Origin: an uncultured Acetobacteraceae bacterium
GTDB taxonomy: Bacteria; Pseudomonadota; Alphaproteobacteria; Acetobacterales; Acetobacteraceae
Length of the DNA: 64,000 bases
NCBI GenBank assembly: GCA_964246925.1
Contig: CAXTSH010000001.1
Span: 15,348-79,347 of the forward strand
Direction of reading: 5' to 3'
Of the stretch, positions 26,420 through 35,079 are shown in pieces. Below the pieces are notes generated by a model. That model searched no databases, was not told the DNA's origin, and saw only the letters and a program-made list of their open reading frames with translations. Every line of letters starts with the position of its first letter. The stretch's first letter is position 1. A program made the position numbers and the translations under genes.

Positions 26420-28006
26420 ATGCGTCACATCCTCGGCGATGAGAAATTCCGCGCGTCCCGCCGCCGGCGGGGTCGAGCGGGGCTGACCCTCGGCCTCCTC
26501 GCGGCCTCGACGGCCTGGACCGGCGTCGCCCATGCCCAGTACACGGCGCGCGTGTCGCTGGTCTCGTCGGCGGACAGCTCGCGTACAGACCCGCACCCGT
26601 TCAACGCTGCCGCCTACGCCCGTGTCCCGCTGGTGCTCTCGACAGTCGGCTACACCGAGAAGGAGTACTTCCTTAGCGGGGCCGCAGACGCCTACAAATA
26701 CACGGACGCGCCGTCGAGCGATGCGGTCACCACCGAGCAGGCGGCGCCGATCGTGTATACGAACCGCATCCTGGTTCGACTGCCGACCAATCCGGCAAAC
26801 TTCCACGGCAACGTCATCGTCGAGATCGCCAACGACGCTCTCGTCTCCGACAATGAGACCGCCTGGCCATTCGCCAACAGCCAATTCATCAACGACGGCG
26901 ACGCCTACATCCTGCTGACTTCCGAGCCGCAGGGGCTGGCCACGCTGAAGGCGTTCGACGCGATCCGCTACAGGGCGCTGAGCTGGCCGACGGTTGCGGC
27001 GACGAAATCGTGCTCGGCGAGCAGCTCGGCGGAAGCCGGCATCATCTACGACCAGATCACCGAGCTGGGCAATCTGCTCAAGAGCAACGGGGCCGGCAGC
27101 CCGCTGGCCGGCTATGACGTCAAACACCTGTTCCTGACCGGCTATTCAGGCGGTGCCTCCATCCTGCTGACCTACAACCGGGTGTTCGGTCAGACTTCCG
27201 GGCTCTATGATGGCTACTTCGTAGCGGCCGGCGGGTTCCGGGCGCCCTTGAACGGGTGCGAGAGCTCGACCACCACCGACAGCTTCCGCGAGCCGCCCGG
27301 CTCGAGCGTGTCGGCGGTGTTCCAGACCCAGACCGAGTCCGAGCTCTATCTGGCATCGGCGGAGAGCACGACGATCCCGAAATCGGCCGACAGCAACACC
27401 GCCACCAGCCGATACCGCTATTACGAGATCGCGGGCACCTCGCACGTCAACGGCGATCTGCTGGCGCACTCGCCGGAGCGCGCCGACTTTCCCACGGTCA
27501 CTGGCGTGACCTACCTCGCGGACGTGACGCAGTCGCAACTGACGAGCGAGTGCGACGAGCCGAGCGGCTCGGTGATCAGCGCGTTCCCGAACCGCTACGT
27601 CTACGACGCACTGTGGGCCAATCTCGAGCATTGGGTCGCGAGCGGCACCGCCTACTCTCCGCCGAGCGAGTCGGGCCCGATCGACACCAGCGTCCTGCTC
27701 TATCTGGGCGCAGGCGGCACGCCCACAGGTGGTGTCAGATCGCCCGCCGTGGACGTGGCGATCGACAATTATGCCTACGGCACCGTGGTCAGCGGTTCGG
27801 CCGCGCTGCAGACATTCTGCGCGCTCACCGGCGACCAGACCGCGATGAGTGCTCCCAGCAACAGCACCACGGTGGCCGCGGATGCCTCCAAGCTATACGG
27901 CCAGGGCTTCCTGACCTCCTATGACCTCACCACGCTGACGGCGACGCCAGCGCTCGCCTACACCTACCCGAACGGCTCGACGACCATTCCCGACGGCTCG
28001 CCCTGA
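26420..28006 (+). CDS. Secreted protein, probable alpha/beta-hydrolase-fold
   Basis: 528 aa. Signal peptide LLAASTAWTGVAHA. Candidate nucleophile elbow LTGYSGGA. No other motif recognised. Confidence 0.5.
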   Translation: MRHILGDEKFRASRRRRGRAGLTLGLLAASTAWTGVAHAQYTARVSLVSSADSSRTDPHPFNAAAYARVPLVLSTVGYTEKEYFLSGAADAYKYTDAPSSDAVTTEQAAPIVYTNRILVRLPTNPANFHGNVIVEIANDALVSDNETAWPFANSQFINDGDAYILLTSEPQGLATLKAFDAIRYRALSWPTVAATKSCSASSSAEAGIIYDQITELGNLLKSNGAGSPLAGYDVKHLFLTGYSGGASILLTYNRVFGQTSGLYDGYFVAAGGFRAPLNGCESSTTTDSFREPPGSSVSAVFQTQTESELYLASAESTTIPKSADSNTATSRYRYYEIAGTSHVNGDLLAHSPERADFPTVTGVTYLADVTQSQLTSECDEPSGSVISAFPNRYVYDALWANLEHWVASGTAYSPPSESGPIDTSVLLYLGAGGTPTGGVRSPAVDVAIDNYAYGTVVSGSAALQTFCALTGDQTAMSAPSNSTTVAADASKLYGQGFLTSYDLTTLTATPALAYTYPNGSTTIPDGSP

Positions 28007-28019
28007 ACGATGGCGTGAC

Positions 28020-28047
28020 GGGGCCGACCGCTTCGCGTGTCGGCCCC
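28020..28047. terminator. Bidirectional hairpin GGGGCCGAC-N10-GTCGGCCCC between convergent genes, followed by TATTTCAAATT on +
   Basis: Read directly. The right arm abuts the stop codon of the MprF-like gene. Confidence 0.5.
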
Positions 28048-30107
28048 TATTTCAAATTCGGCAGGGCTGCGACCACGGTGCGGAACCCGGCCTCGTCCGG
28101 ACAGCACAGGAAGCGGCGGTCTGCCTCCTCTGGCTCGCGCGCGTGCGGCGTTCCGTCCGCGCCGAGCGGCCATGCCGTCAGGCCGATGTCGCCCCAGACA
28201 TCGAGCATCTCCGGACCTGCTCGCCAGACCGCCGTGTTGCGGCCTTCCTGGATGGCGAGGTCGCGCAGCCGCCAGATGGCGGAGATCCGATCACGGGCTC
28301 CGCCGGTCGGATCGCCGAGACCGAGCAGTAGACCGCCTACTCGGCGAAACGCGATGCATGACCGTCCCGTCTCCCCCAGCACCACCCCGTCGGCGGTGGT
28401 GGACGCGTCGCCGCCAAGACTCTCGAAGCGTTGCTGCCCGTCCCCGCTCCAGGGCAGCCAGACGACCCGGCCGGGCCTGATCAGCCGCCAGGTCGCCAAC
28501 AGGAACACGATCACCAGCAGCAGCACCGACACCCGCAGCCGGTCCGGCAGCGCCGACGTCAGCACCACCTGCCACCAGGAACTGCGATCGAGATAGCGGA
28601 AGTCGGGCTCAAGCTGCGCAAACGCGAGCACGCAGGCGGCCATCGCCACCAGCGGCAGCGCCGTCCCCGGTTCGAGCGGCTCGGAGAGGAGGCGTGCATG
28701 ACGGTAGTATGCCCCCCGGAACGGAAGCATCAGCAAGGCGGCCAGGATCTCCGATCCGGCGATCCAGGCCGGCTGCTCCTGCGCGAGGCAGATCGCGGCC
28801 GCCATCATCAAGAGCAGGATCGAGGCGCCCCAGGCGAGCGTCACCCGCTGTGAGAGCCCGATCGCGAGCACCATCAGCGCCGCCCCGATCAGCGAGATGA
28901 CATACTCACTGGCGTGGCTGGCGAACACGCCGACATCGATTGAGCGGGTGAGGAACCCTGGTGCTGCCGCGGGCTCCAGCACTCCGATCGCCAGCAGCAG
29001 CGCGCCCGACAGCGCGGTCAGGCCCGTCGATACCGCCACCGAGAAATCCGCCTCGCTCGCCCGGATCACGCCCGACTGGCGCAGCGGCCGCGGTCGGCCG
29101 GTCACAGAGGCAGAGCGGAGGTACAGCTCATGCCCCGCAAACATTGTCCCCGCCAGGAAGAGGGGCACGACGTAGTAGTAAAGGCGAAACACCAGCACAC
29201 TGCCGAGGATCTCGGCACCGGGCAGGTAGCCACGCAGGCCGAGCAGAATCGCCGTGTCGAACACCCCGAGACCGCCGGGCAGATTGGCCAGCAGACCCGC
29301 AGAGTAGGACGCGATGTAGATCGTCAGGAACCGGGGATAGCCGAGCCCGGCCGCGTGCGGCAGCAGGCTGAACAGGATCGACGACGTGACGCTCACGTCG
29401 GCGGTCGCCAGCAACACCTGCTTGACCCCGGTCCGCGCTCCCGGCAGCACGATCTCGTGGCCGCCGATGCGCACCGACGGGATCCGGTGCGACAGCGTCA
29501 TGTAGGCACCGACTACCGACCAGAAGGCCAATCCGACCAGCATGATCGCGGGTCTGGGCAGATGGCTGCCGAAGAACGGCACCGCCATCGGCTCGATCAA
29601 GGCGACCGCGCCGCCGATCGCCATGCTGCCCAGGAAAAAGGTCAGCGAGCAGAACGCGATCACGCGCGCGATCTCGCCGGGCGACAGTCCCCAGGCCGCA
29701 TAGAGCCGGTAGCGGACCGCAGCGCCAGACAGGGCCGAGAAGCCAAGGTTGTGGGACAGGACGTAGGCGCAAAACGACGCGAAGGCAGTCCGGTGCCATG
29801 GGAGCCGATGCCCGGCATACCGGGTCGCCAGGCGGTCGTAGAACGTCAGCACGAGATAGGCGCAGCAGGTGAGGCCGGCGCCCGTTGCCAGCGATCGTCC
29901 CGAAATGGCGTGCACGGCGTGGGCGATGTCGCGCACCCGCAGATGGCCGAACATCCGTGCCACCACGTAGACGGCGCCGACCAGGAGGGCCAGGCCGAAG
30001 AAGGCGGGGAGGCGCCGAAGAAGACGAGGGGTCCTGCCCCTGGACCCCGCCAAAGCCCCGTGCGAAGCACGTCTTTCGACGTGTCGCCTTTGGAAACCGG
30101 ACTTCAC
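28047..30107 (-). CDS. mprF: MprF-like protein: lysyl-phosphatidylglycerol synthase transmembrane region plus a short C-terminal DUF2156-like domain
   Basis: The listed 1067-aa ORF extends antisense-frame into lysS. GTG at 30107 overlaps the lysS TGA (GTGA) and precedes the first TM helix (LPAFFGLALLVGAVYVV). The polytopic region has SALSGAAVRYRLY-type motifs. The C-terminal segment ...CIAFRRVGGLLLGLGDPTGG...IWRLRDLA...VWRAGPEML matches only the first half of the aminoacyl-PG synthase domain. Confidence 0.65.
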   Translation of the reverse strand: MKSGFQRRHVERRASHGALAGSRGRTPRLLRRLPAFFGLALLVGAVYVVARMFGHLRVRDIAHAVHAISGRSLATGAGLTCCAYLVLTFYDRLATRYAGHRLPWHRTAFASFCAYVLSHNLGFSALSGAAVRYRLYAAWGLSPGEIARVIAFCSLTFFLGSMAIGGAVALIEPMAVPFFGSHLPRPAIMLVGLAFWSVVGAYMTLSHRIPSVRIGGHEIVLPGARTGVKQVLLATADVSVTSSILFSLLPHAAGLGYPRFLTIYIASYSAGLLANLPGGLGVFDTAILLGLRGYLPGAEILGSVLVFRLYYYVVPLFLAGTMFAGHELYLRSASVTGRPRPLRQSGVIRASEADFSVAVSTGLTALSGALLLAIGVLEPAAAPGFLTRSIDVGVFASHASEYVISLIGAALMVLAIGLSQRVTLAWGASILLLMMAAAICLAQEQPAWIAGSEILAALLMLPFRGAYYRHARLLSEPLEPGTALPLVAMAACVLAFAQLEPDFRYLDRSSWWQVVLTSALPDRLRVSVLLLVIVFLLATWRLIRPGRVVWLPWSGDGQQRFESLGGDASTTADGVVLGETGRSCIAFRRVGGLLLGLGDPTGGARDRISAIWRLRDLAIQEGRNTAVWRAGPEMLDVWGDIGLTAWPLGADGTPHAREPEEADRRFLCCPDEAGFRTVVAALPNLK

Positions 30108-31666
30108 GGCTGCGCCCGTAGCAGCGCCCCGTCGATCAGGGCCGCGGTTTGGTCGAGGCCATACAAAGAGGCGAAGATCCCGAAGCGCGGGCCTTCCTTC
30201 TGGCCCAGCAAAACCTCGTAGAGACAGCCGAACCAGGCGCGCAACGGCGCGATCGCGTGCCGCTTGCCGACCGCGAACACCTCGTTCTGCACGTCCTCCG
30301 GCGGCGTGTCCGCCGGAAGTGCGCGCATGATCTCCGCGAGATCGGCCAGCGCTTGGCGCTCCACCTCGCTCGGCGCCCGATAGTGCTTCGCCGGGCGGAC
30401 GAAGTCCCGATAGTAGGCGACCGCGTGATCGGCCAGGCGCGCCAGAAACGGGTTTCCGTCCGGCGAACTTCCCGGGTGGTAACGCTCGATGAAGCCCCAG
30501 AGCACATCCGGCGTCTCGGCATTGGCGACCGAAGCCAGGTTCAACAGCATGCCGAAGCCGAGCGGGCTCGACACCTCCTTGGGCACAGCCCCGCCGCCGA
30601 TGAACCAAGCGGGGTTGGCATGCAGCACCACGGACGAGGCGTCGCGTGCCGAAGCCAGGTTGGCGACGTACTCGTCCACAGCGCGCGGGATGACGTCGAA
30701 ATGCAGCCGCTTGGCGCGCGTCGGCTGATTGAACATGAATTGCGCCAGGCTCTCCGCCGGCGCGTAACGCAGCCACTCCTCGACCGAGATGCCGTTGCCT
30801 TTGGACTTGCTGATCTTCTCCCCGGCCTCGTCGAGAAACATCTCGGTCGTCATGCCGACCGGCGGTGTTCCGCCCAGGATGCGGACCACGCGCCCTGACA
30901 GCCGCACGCTGTCGATGAGATCCTTGCCCGACATCTCGTAATCGACGCCGAGCGCATGCCAACGCAGCGCCCAGTCCGCCTTCCACTGCATCTTGGCTCG
31001 GCCGCCATAGACCGAGGTCTCGAACGGCCGCCCCGAAGCTGGATCGCGCCAAGCCACGGTTCCGGCGTCGGCATCGACCCGCTCGACCGCCACCTGCATG
31101 ACCACGCCGGTCTCGGGATGCACCGGCAGCACCGGTGAGTAGGTCGCCCGCCGCTCCGGGCCCAGCGTCGGCGCGATGGCGGCGACGACCGCGTTGTGCT
31201 CCTCCAGCACACGCTTGAGCGAGGCGTCGAACCGCCCGGACTGGTAACACTCGGTGGCGGAGGCGAATTCGTAGTCGAACCCGAAGCCGTCGAGGAATGC
31301 CCGCAGCCGGGCGTTGTTGTGGGCGGCGAAGCTCTCGTGGGTTCCGAACGGATCGGGGATGCGCGACAGCGGACGCCCGAGGTGCGAGGCCAGCATGTCA
31401 CGGTTCGGGACGTTCCCGGGCACCTTGCGAAGCCCGTCCATGTCGTCGCTGAACGAGATCAGCCGTGACGGAAGACCGGTCAGCGTTTCATAGGCCAGCC
31501 GGACCCACTGCGTGCGCGCGACCTCGCCGAACGTCCCGATATGCGGGAGCCCTGACGGTCCGTACCCGGTTTCGAACAGCACCGGCCGATCGACGCGAGC
31601 CGGGATCCTTGCCGCCTCCTCGAAGGGCCAGGCCTTCGGGAGATCGGTCGTTGCTTGGTCGGCCAT
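30104..31666 (-). CDS. lysS: Class I lysyl-tRNA synthetase
   Basis: 520 aa. HIGH-type motif LPHIGTFGE and KMSKS-type motif KISKSKGNG. The overall length and pattern match archaeal/alphaproteobacterial class I LysRS. Confidence 0.9.
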   Translation of the reverse strand: MADQATTDLPKAWPFEEAARIPARVDRPVLFETGYGPSGLPHIGTFGEVARTQWVRLAYETLTGLPSRLISFSDDMDGLRKVPGNVPNRDMLASHLGRPLSRIPDPFGTHESFAAHNNARLRAFLDGFGFDYEFASATECYQSGRFDASLKRVLEEHNAVVAAIAPTLGPERRATYSPVLPVHPETGVVMQVAVERVDADAGTVAWRDPASGRPFETSVYGGRAKMQWKADWALRWHALGVDYEMSGKDLIDSVRLSGRVVRILGGTPPVGMTTEMFLDEAGEKISKSKGNGISVEEWLRYAPAESLAQFMFNQPTRAKRLHFDVIPRAVDEYVANLASARDASSVVLHANPAWFIGGGAVPKEVSSPLGFGMLLNLASVANAETPDVLWGFIERYHPGSSPDGNPFLARLADHAVAYYRDFVRPAKHYRAPSEVERQALADLAEIMRALPADTPPEDVQNEVFAVGKRHAIAPLRAWFGCLYEVLLGQKEGPRFGIFASLYGLDQTAALIDGALLRAQP

Positions 31667-31694
31667 CGCCGGACCCTAGGCGACAGGAACCGCG

Positions 31695-31717
31695 AAGGCC
31701 AGGGCGACCCTGGCCTT
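31695..31717. repeat. REP-like 10-bp-stem hairpin AAGGCCAGGG-cga-CCCTGGCCTT in the divergent lysS/helicase intergenic region
   Basis: Read directly. It belongs to the CCAGGG..CCCTGG hairpin family seen at several intergenic sites. Confidence 0.4.
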
Positions 31718-31745
31718 TCTCCCGACCAGGCCGCACCTTTGCGGC

Positions 31746-34508
31746 ATGCCTTTTACCGCCCTCGTCGCCGGCCATGCACGGGCCGCACTCCTGACGGAGG
31801 ACGGCGAGATCCTCACCGTCGATGTCGCAAGGACTCTCGAGACCCTACGGCCGCTTCCCCCGCCACTGGTCGTTCACCTTCCCGCCACCGCACGACGCCT
31901 GGGCGTGAACGGCTTTCCCGCCCTCGACCTCCTCGAACTGTTCGCCTTTACCCTGCCTGCCCGCACGGCGGCACCTACGCCGCGCGGCCTGGCCCTGGCG
32001 CTCGACCTTCCGCCGCCCGGCAGCCTGGAGGCCGAAGCAAGCCTGCTCCCGGATATTGCCGAGACCTTGCTGAGCCGGCTGTCCGCGCTTGCGCGCACAC
32101 CATCGGGCTCGGAGGCGGCGGGGCTGGCCGCGCGCATGGCAGCAGCGGGTTGGCCCTGGGCCGACGCCGTGCTGGGAGCACTCGCCCGATCCCGCCGGAC
32201 CCTGTCTCCCGCCGACGCGCTCGCCGTCTGGCGCCGGCTCCCCGCGTGGGAGGAGATGCCGCCGCGACCGGCTCCCGCCTCGCATCCAGTTGCGCCGGAG
32301 GCCAGCCGAAACCGTCTTGCCTCGATGCTCGGACCCGAGGCCGAGCAACGCGCCGGGCAATCCGACTATGCCCATGCAGTCACGAGCGCCTTTGTGCCGC
32401 GCGACCGGCCGGGCGACCCGATCCTCATGCTCGCCGAAGCCGGCACCGGCACCGGCAAGACGCTGGGCTACATCGCGCCTGCCAGCCTCTGGGCCGAACG
32501 CAATGCCGGCACCGTCTGGATCTCCACCTATACCCGCCACCTGCAGCGCCAGATCGAGCGCGAAGTGGCGCGCCTGCACCCGGACCCGGCCGACAGGCGC
32601 CGGCGCGTGGTCATCCGCAAGGGCCGCGAGAACTATCTGTGCCTGCTCAATTTCGAGGACGCCGTCCGCGCTGCCGCCGCGCGGAGCACCTCGCTCGCCA
32701 CCATCCCGCTCTCGCTGCTCGCCCGCTGGGCAACCGCGACCGCCGACGGCGACCTGCAGGGCGGCGACCTCCCAGGCTGGTTTCGCGAACTGTTCGGCAC
32801 CTCATTCCTGGGCGGGTTGGCCGACCGCCGCGGCGAATGCATCCACGGCGCTTGCCCGCACTACACGCGCTGCTTTGTCGAGCACACGATCAGGCGCGCC
32901 CGCGACGCGGATCTGGTCATCGCCAACCACGCACTCGTCATGACGGAAGCGGCGTTCGCCAGGGGCGGCATGGAGGGCGGCCGCCTGCCCACCCGCTATG
33001 TCTTCGACGAGGGGCACCAGATCGCGGATGCCGCCGACGGCGCCTTTGCCGTCGATCTTTCCGGCCTGGAGGCGGCCGAGCTTCGACGCTGGCTTCTCGG
33101 CGCCGAGGGCGCGCGATCGCGCGCGCGCGGACTGCGCCGGCGCCTCGACGATCTCGTCGCCGGCCCCGAGCTCGCAACCCCGCTCGACGCGGCTCTGCTC
33201 GCGGCGGCGACCGGCCTTGCCGCCCCCGGCTGGGCCTCACGCGTGGACGAAGCGGCCGCCACGTTCTCGAACCCGATGGAGGCATTCCTCCGCGCACTGC
33301 ATCGCCAGATCCTGGCCCGAACCGAGCAGCCCGGCCGCGCCAGGGGCCTCGAATGCGACCTGCATCCGGCTGCCCCGGATGTGGTCGACAGTGCGAAGAC
33401 ACTCGCCCGTGCCTTGGAGCGGATCAGGGTGCCGTTGACGAGGCTGGTGGAGCGCCTGGCCGCGCGTCTCGACGAGGACGCCGAAACCCTCGACGCGACC
33501 ACCCGTGGCCGTATCGAAGCGATGACCGGCGTCATCCGCCGTCGCGTGCTCGCCCGTCTCGAAGCCTGGCTCGCCATGCTCGCAGACACCGTCGAGCCGC
33601 CCGGCGCCGGCCCTGCCGCTCACATCCTGTTCCTCCGCATCGACCCGCTCGAGCGCACACGCGAGGGTCCCGTCCGTGACGTCGCCCTGTGCCGCCATTG
33701 GCTCGATCCGACGCTGCCCTTCGTCCTGACGCTGGCCGCCGGGGCACACGGCCTGCTTGTCACCTCCGCGACGCTGCGCGACGAAAGCGAGCGTCCCGGG
33801 ATCGACGCCGATGCGGTCTGGCAAGCCGCCGAGGCTCGCGCCGGCGCCGACCATCTGCCTTCGCCGGCGCTTCGCGCGTCGCTGCCGAGCCCGTTCGACT
33901 ACGCGGCCCAGACACGCTGCCTGGTGGTCACCGATCTTGCCGCCAACGATATTCCCACGCTCGCGGCCGCCTACCGGGAGTTGTTCCTGGCTGCCGGCGG
34001 TGGCGCCTTGGGCCTCTTCACCGCGATTGCCCGACTGCGCGCCGTGCACGAACGCATCAAGGGCCCGCTCGAGGAAGCCGGCATCCCGCTTTTCGCCCAG
34101 CACGTCGACGCGATGGACAACGCGACGCTGGTCGACATCTTCCGCGCCGAAACCCATTCCTGCCTGCTTGGGACGGACGCCATGCGCGACGGCGTCGATG
34201 TGCCGGGCCAGGCGCTCCGCCTCGTTGTTTTCGAGCGCGTTCCCTGGATGCGCCCGGACATCCTGCATCGCGAGCGCCGCCTGCACCTGTCCGGCGGCGA
34301 CCCGGCCGGTTACGACGACCGTATCGCCCGGCTTCGTCTGCGTCAGGCGTTCGGTCGCCTGATCAGAACCGCGACCGACCGGGGCTGCTTCGTCCTGCTG
34401 GACCGCCGCATGCCGAGCCGGCTGTTCTCGGCCTTTCCGGCTGGCGTACCGGTCGAACGCGTTGGCCTCGCCGAAGCGATCGCGCGCACCCGTGACTTCC
34501 TCACCTGA
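31746..34508 (+). CDS. DinG/Rad3-family ATP-dependent DNA helicase with ~200-aa N-terminal extension
   Basis: 920 aa. Walker A AEAGTGTGKT, DEGH box (VFDEGHQI), VTSATL, C-terminal helicase motifs. Confidence 0.8.
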   Translation: MPFTALVAGHARAALLTEDGEILTVDVARTLETLRPLPPPLVVHLPATARRLGVNGFPALDLLELFAFTLPARTAAPTPRGLALALDLPPPGSLEAEASLLPDIAETLLSRLSALARTPSGSEAAGLAARMAAAGWPWADAVLGALARSRRTLSPADALAVWRRLPAWEEMPPRPAPASHPVAPEASRNRLASMLGPEAEQRAGQSDYAHAVTSAFVPRDRPGDPILMLAEAGTGTGKTLGYIAPASLWAERNAGTVWISTYTRHLQRQIEREVARLHPDPADRRRRVVIRKGRENYLCLLNFEDAVRAAAARSTSLATIPLSLLARWATATADGDLQGGDLPGWFRELFGTSFLGGLADRRGECIHGACPHYTRCFVEHTIRRARDADLVIANHALVMTEAAFARGGMEGGRLPTRYVFDEGHQIADAADGAFAVDLSGLEAAELRRWLLGAEGARSRARGLRRRLDDLVAGPELATPLDAALLAAATGLAAPGWASRVDEAAATFSNPMEAFLRALHRQILARTEQPGRARGLECDLHPAAPDVVDSAKTLARALERIRVPLTRLVERLAARLDEDAETLDATTRGRIEAMTGVIRRRVLARLEAWLAMLADTVEPPGAGPAAHILFLRIDPLERTREGPVRDVALCRHWLDPTLPFVLTLAAGAHGLLVTSATLRDESERPGIDADAVWQAAEARAGADHLPSPALRASLPSPFDYAAQTRCLVVTDLAANDIPTLAAAYRELFLAAGGGALGLFTAIARLRAVHERIKGPLEEAGIPLFAQHVDAMDNATLVDIFRAETHSCLLGTDAMRDGVDVPGQALRLVVFERVPWMRPDILHRERRLHLSGGDPAGYDDRIARLRLRQAFGRLIRTATDRGCFVLLDRRMPSRLFSAFPAGVPVERVGLAEAIARTRDFLT

Positions 34509-34562
34509 CCGATCCGCAAAATTCCGCTACGGTTTTCCAGGACAGAACGGCAGGACACGGAC

Positions 34563-35021
34563 ATGGACGGCACTTCAGTTGCGCCCGGCGGCGGCGAGAC
34601 CGGGCTCGACCCGCAGGAGGCGCTGATCTGCACGATGGTGCTGGTCGCCGCCGCCGATGGGTCGGGGATCAGCGACCGCGAAATCGGCGTCATGACCGGC
34701 CTGGTCCAGACGCTGCCGATCTTCCACAACGTCACCTCCGAACGCCTCGCGCACGCTACCGAAGCTGCGGTCGGTCTCCTGCGAGAGGAAGACGGGCTCA
34801 ACCATGCCGCCCGCCTGATCCGGAGGGCACTCGAACCGCGACTATGCGAAACCGCTTATGCGCTGGCGTGCGAGGTGGTCGCCGCGTCCAGCCGCCACGG
34901 CCAGAGTCTGCTGCAGATGCTGGAGTTCGTCATGGCCGAGCTGCATATCGACCCGCTGGTCGCGGCGGCCATCGAGCGCGGGGCGCGTGCACGTCACCAG
35001 AAGCCGGCGCGGGGAGACTGA
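34563..35021 (+). CDS. TerB-like (tellurite-resistance TerB family) protein
   Basis: 152 aa. ALICTMVLVAAADGSGISDREIGVM is the typical TerB-fold repeat pattern. Confidence 0.55.
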   Translation: MDGTSVAPGGGETGLDPQEALICTMVLVAAADGSGISDREIGVMTGLVQTLPIFHNVTSERLAHATEAAVGLLREEDGLNHAARLIRRALEPRLCETAYALACEVVAASSRHGQSLLQMLEFVMAELHIDPLVAAAIERGARARHQKPARGD

Positions 35022-35032
35022 AGAGAGGCGAT

Positions 35033-35051
35033 CCAAACGCCCGGCGTTTGG
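35033..35051. terminator. Hairpin CCAAACGC-ccg-GCGTTTGG between convergent genes
   Basis: Read directly. Confidence 0.4.
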
Positions 35052-35079
35052 CGGGGTCAGGGGCAGCGCGCCATCCTTC

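Noticed and set aside
30108-31250. N-terminal 380 aa of the 1067-aa ORF 28047..31250
   Set aside because: This part overlaps lysS in a different frame and is Arg/Gly/Ala-rich. Membrane-protein character begins only after the GTG at 30107, which overlaps the lysS stop.
31655-33679. 674-aa + strand ORF overlapping the DinG-like gene in another frame
   Set aside because: The composition is extremely Arg/Pro-rich with no motifs. The overlapping frame 31746..34508 carries the helicase motifs.
14933-34508. The two large helicases as components of a phage-defence system
   Set aside because: The SUV3-like helicase sits in the conserved helicase-S4-fdxA-carD housekeeping block. The DinG-like helicase has no adjacent nuclease, methylase, ATPase partner or other defence-type genes.
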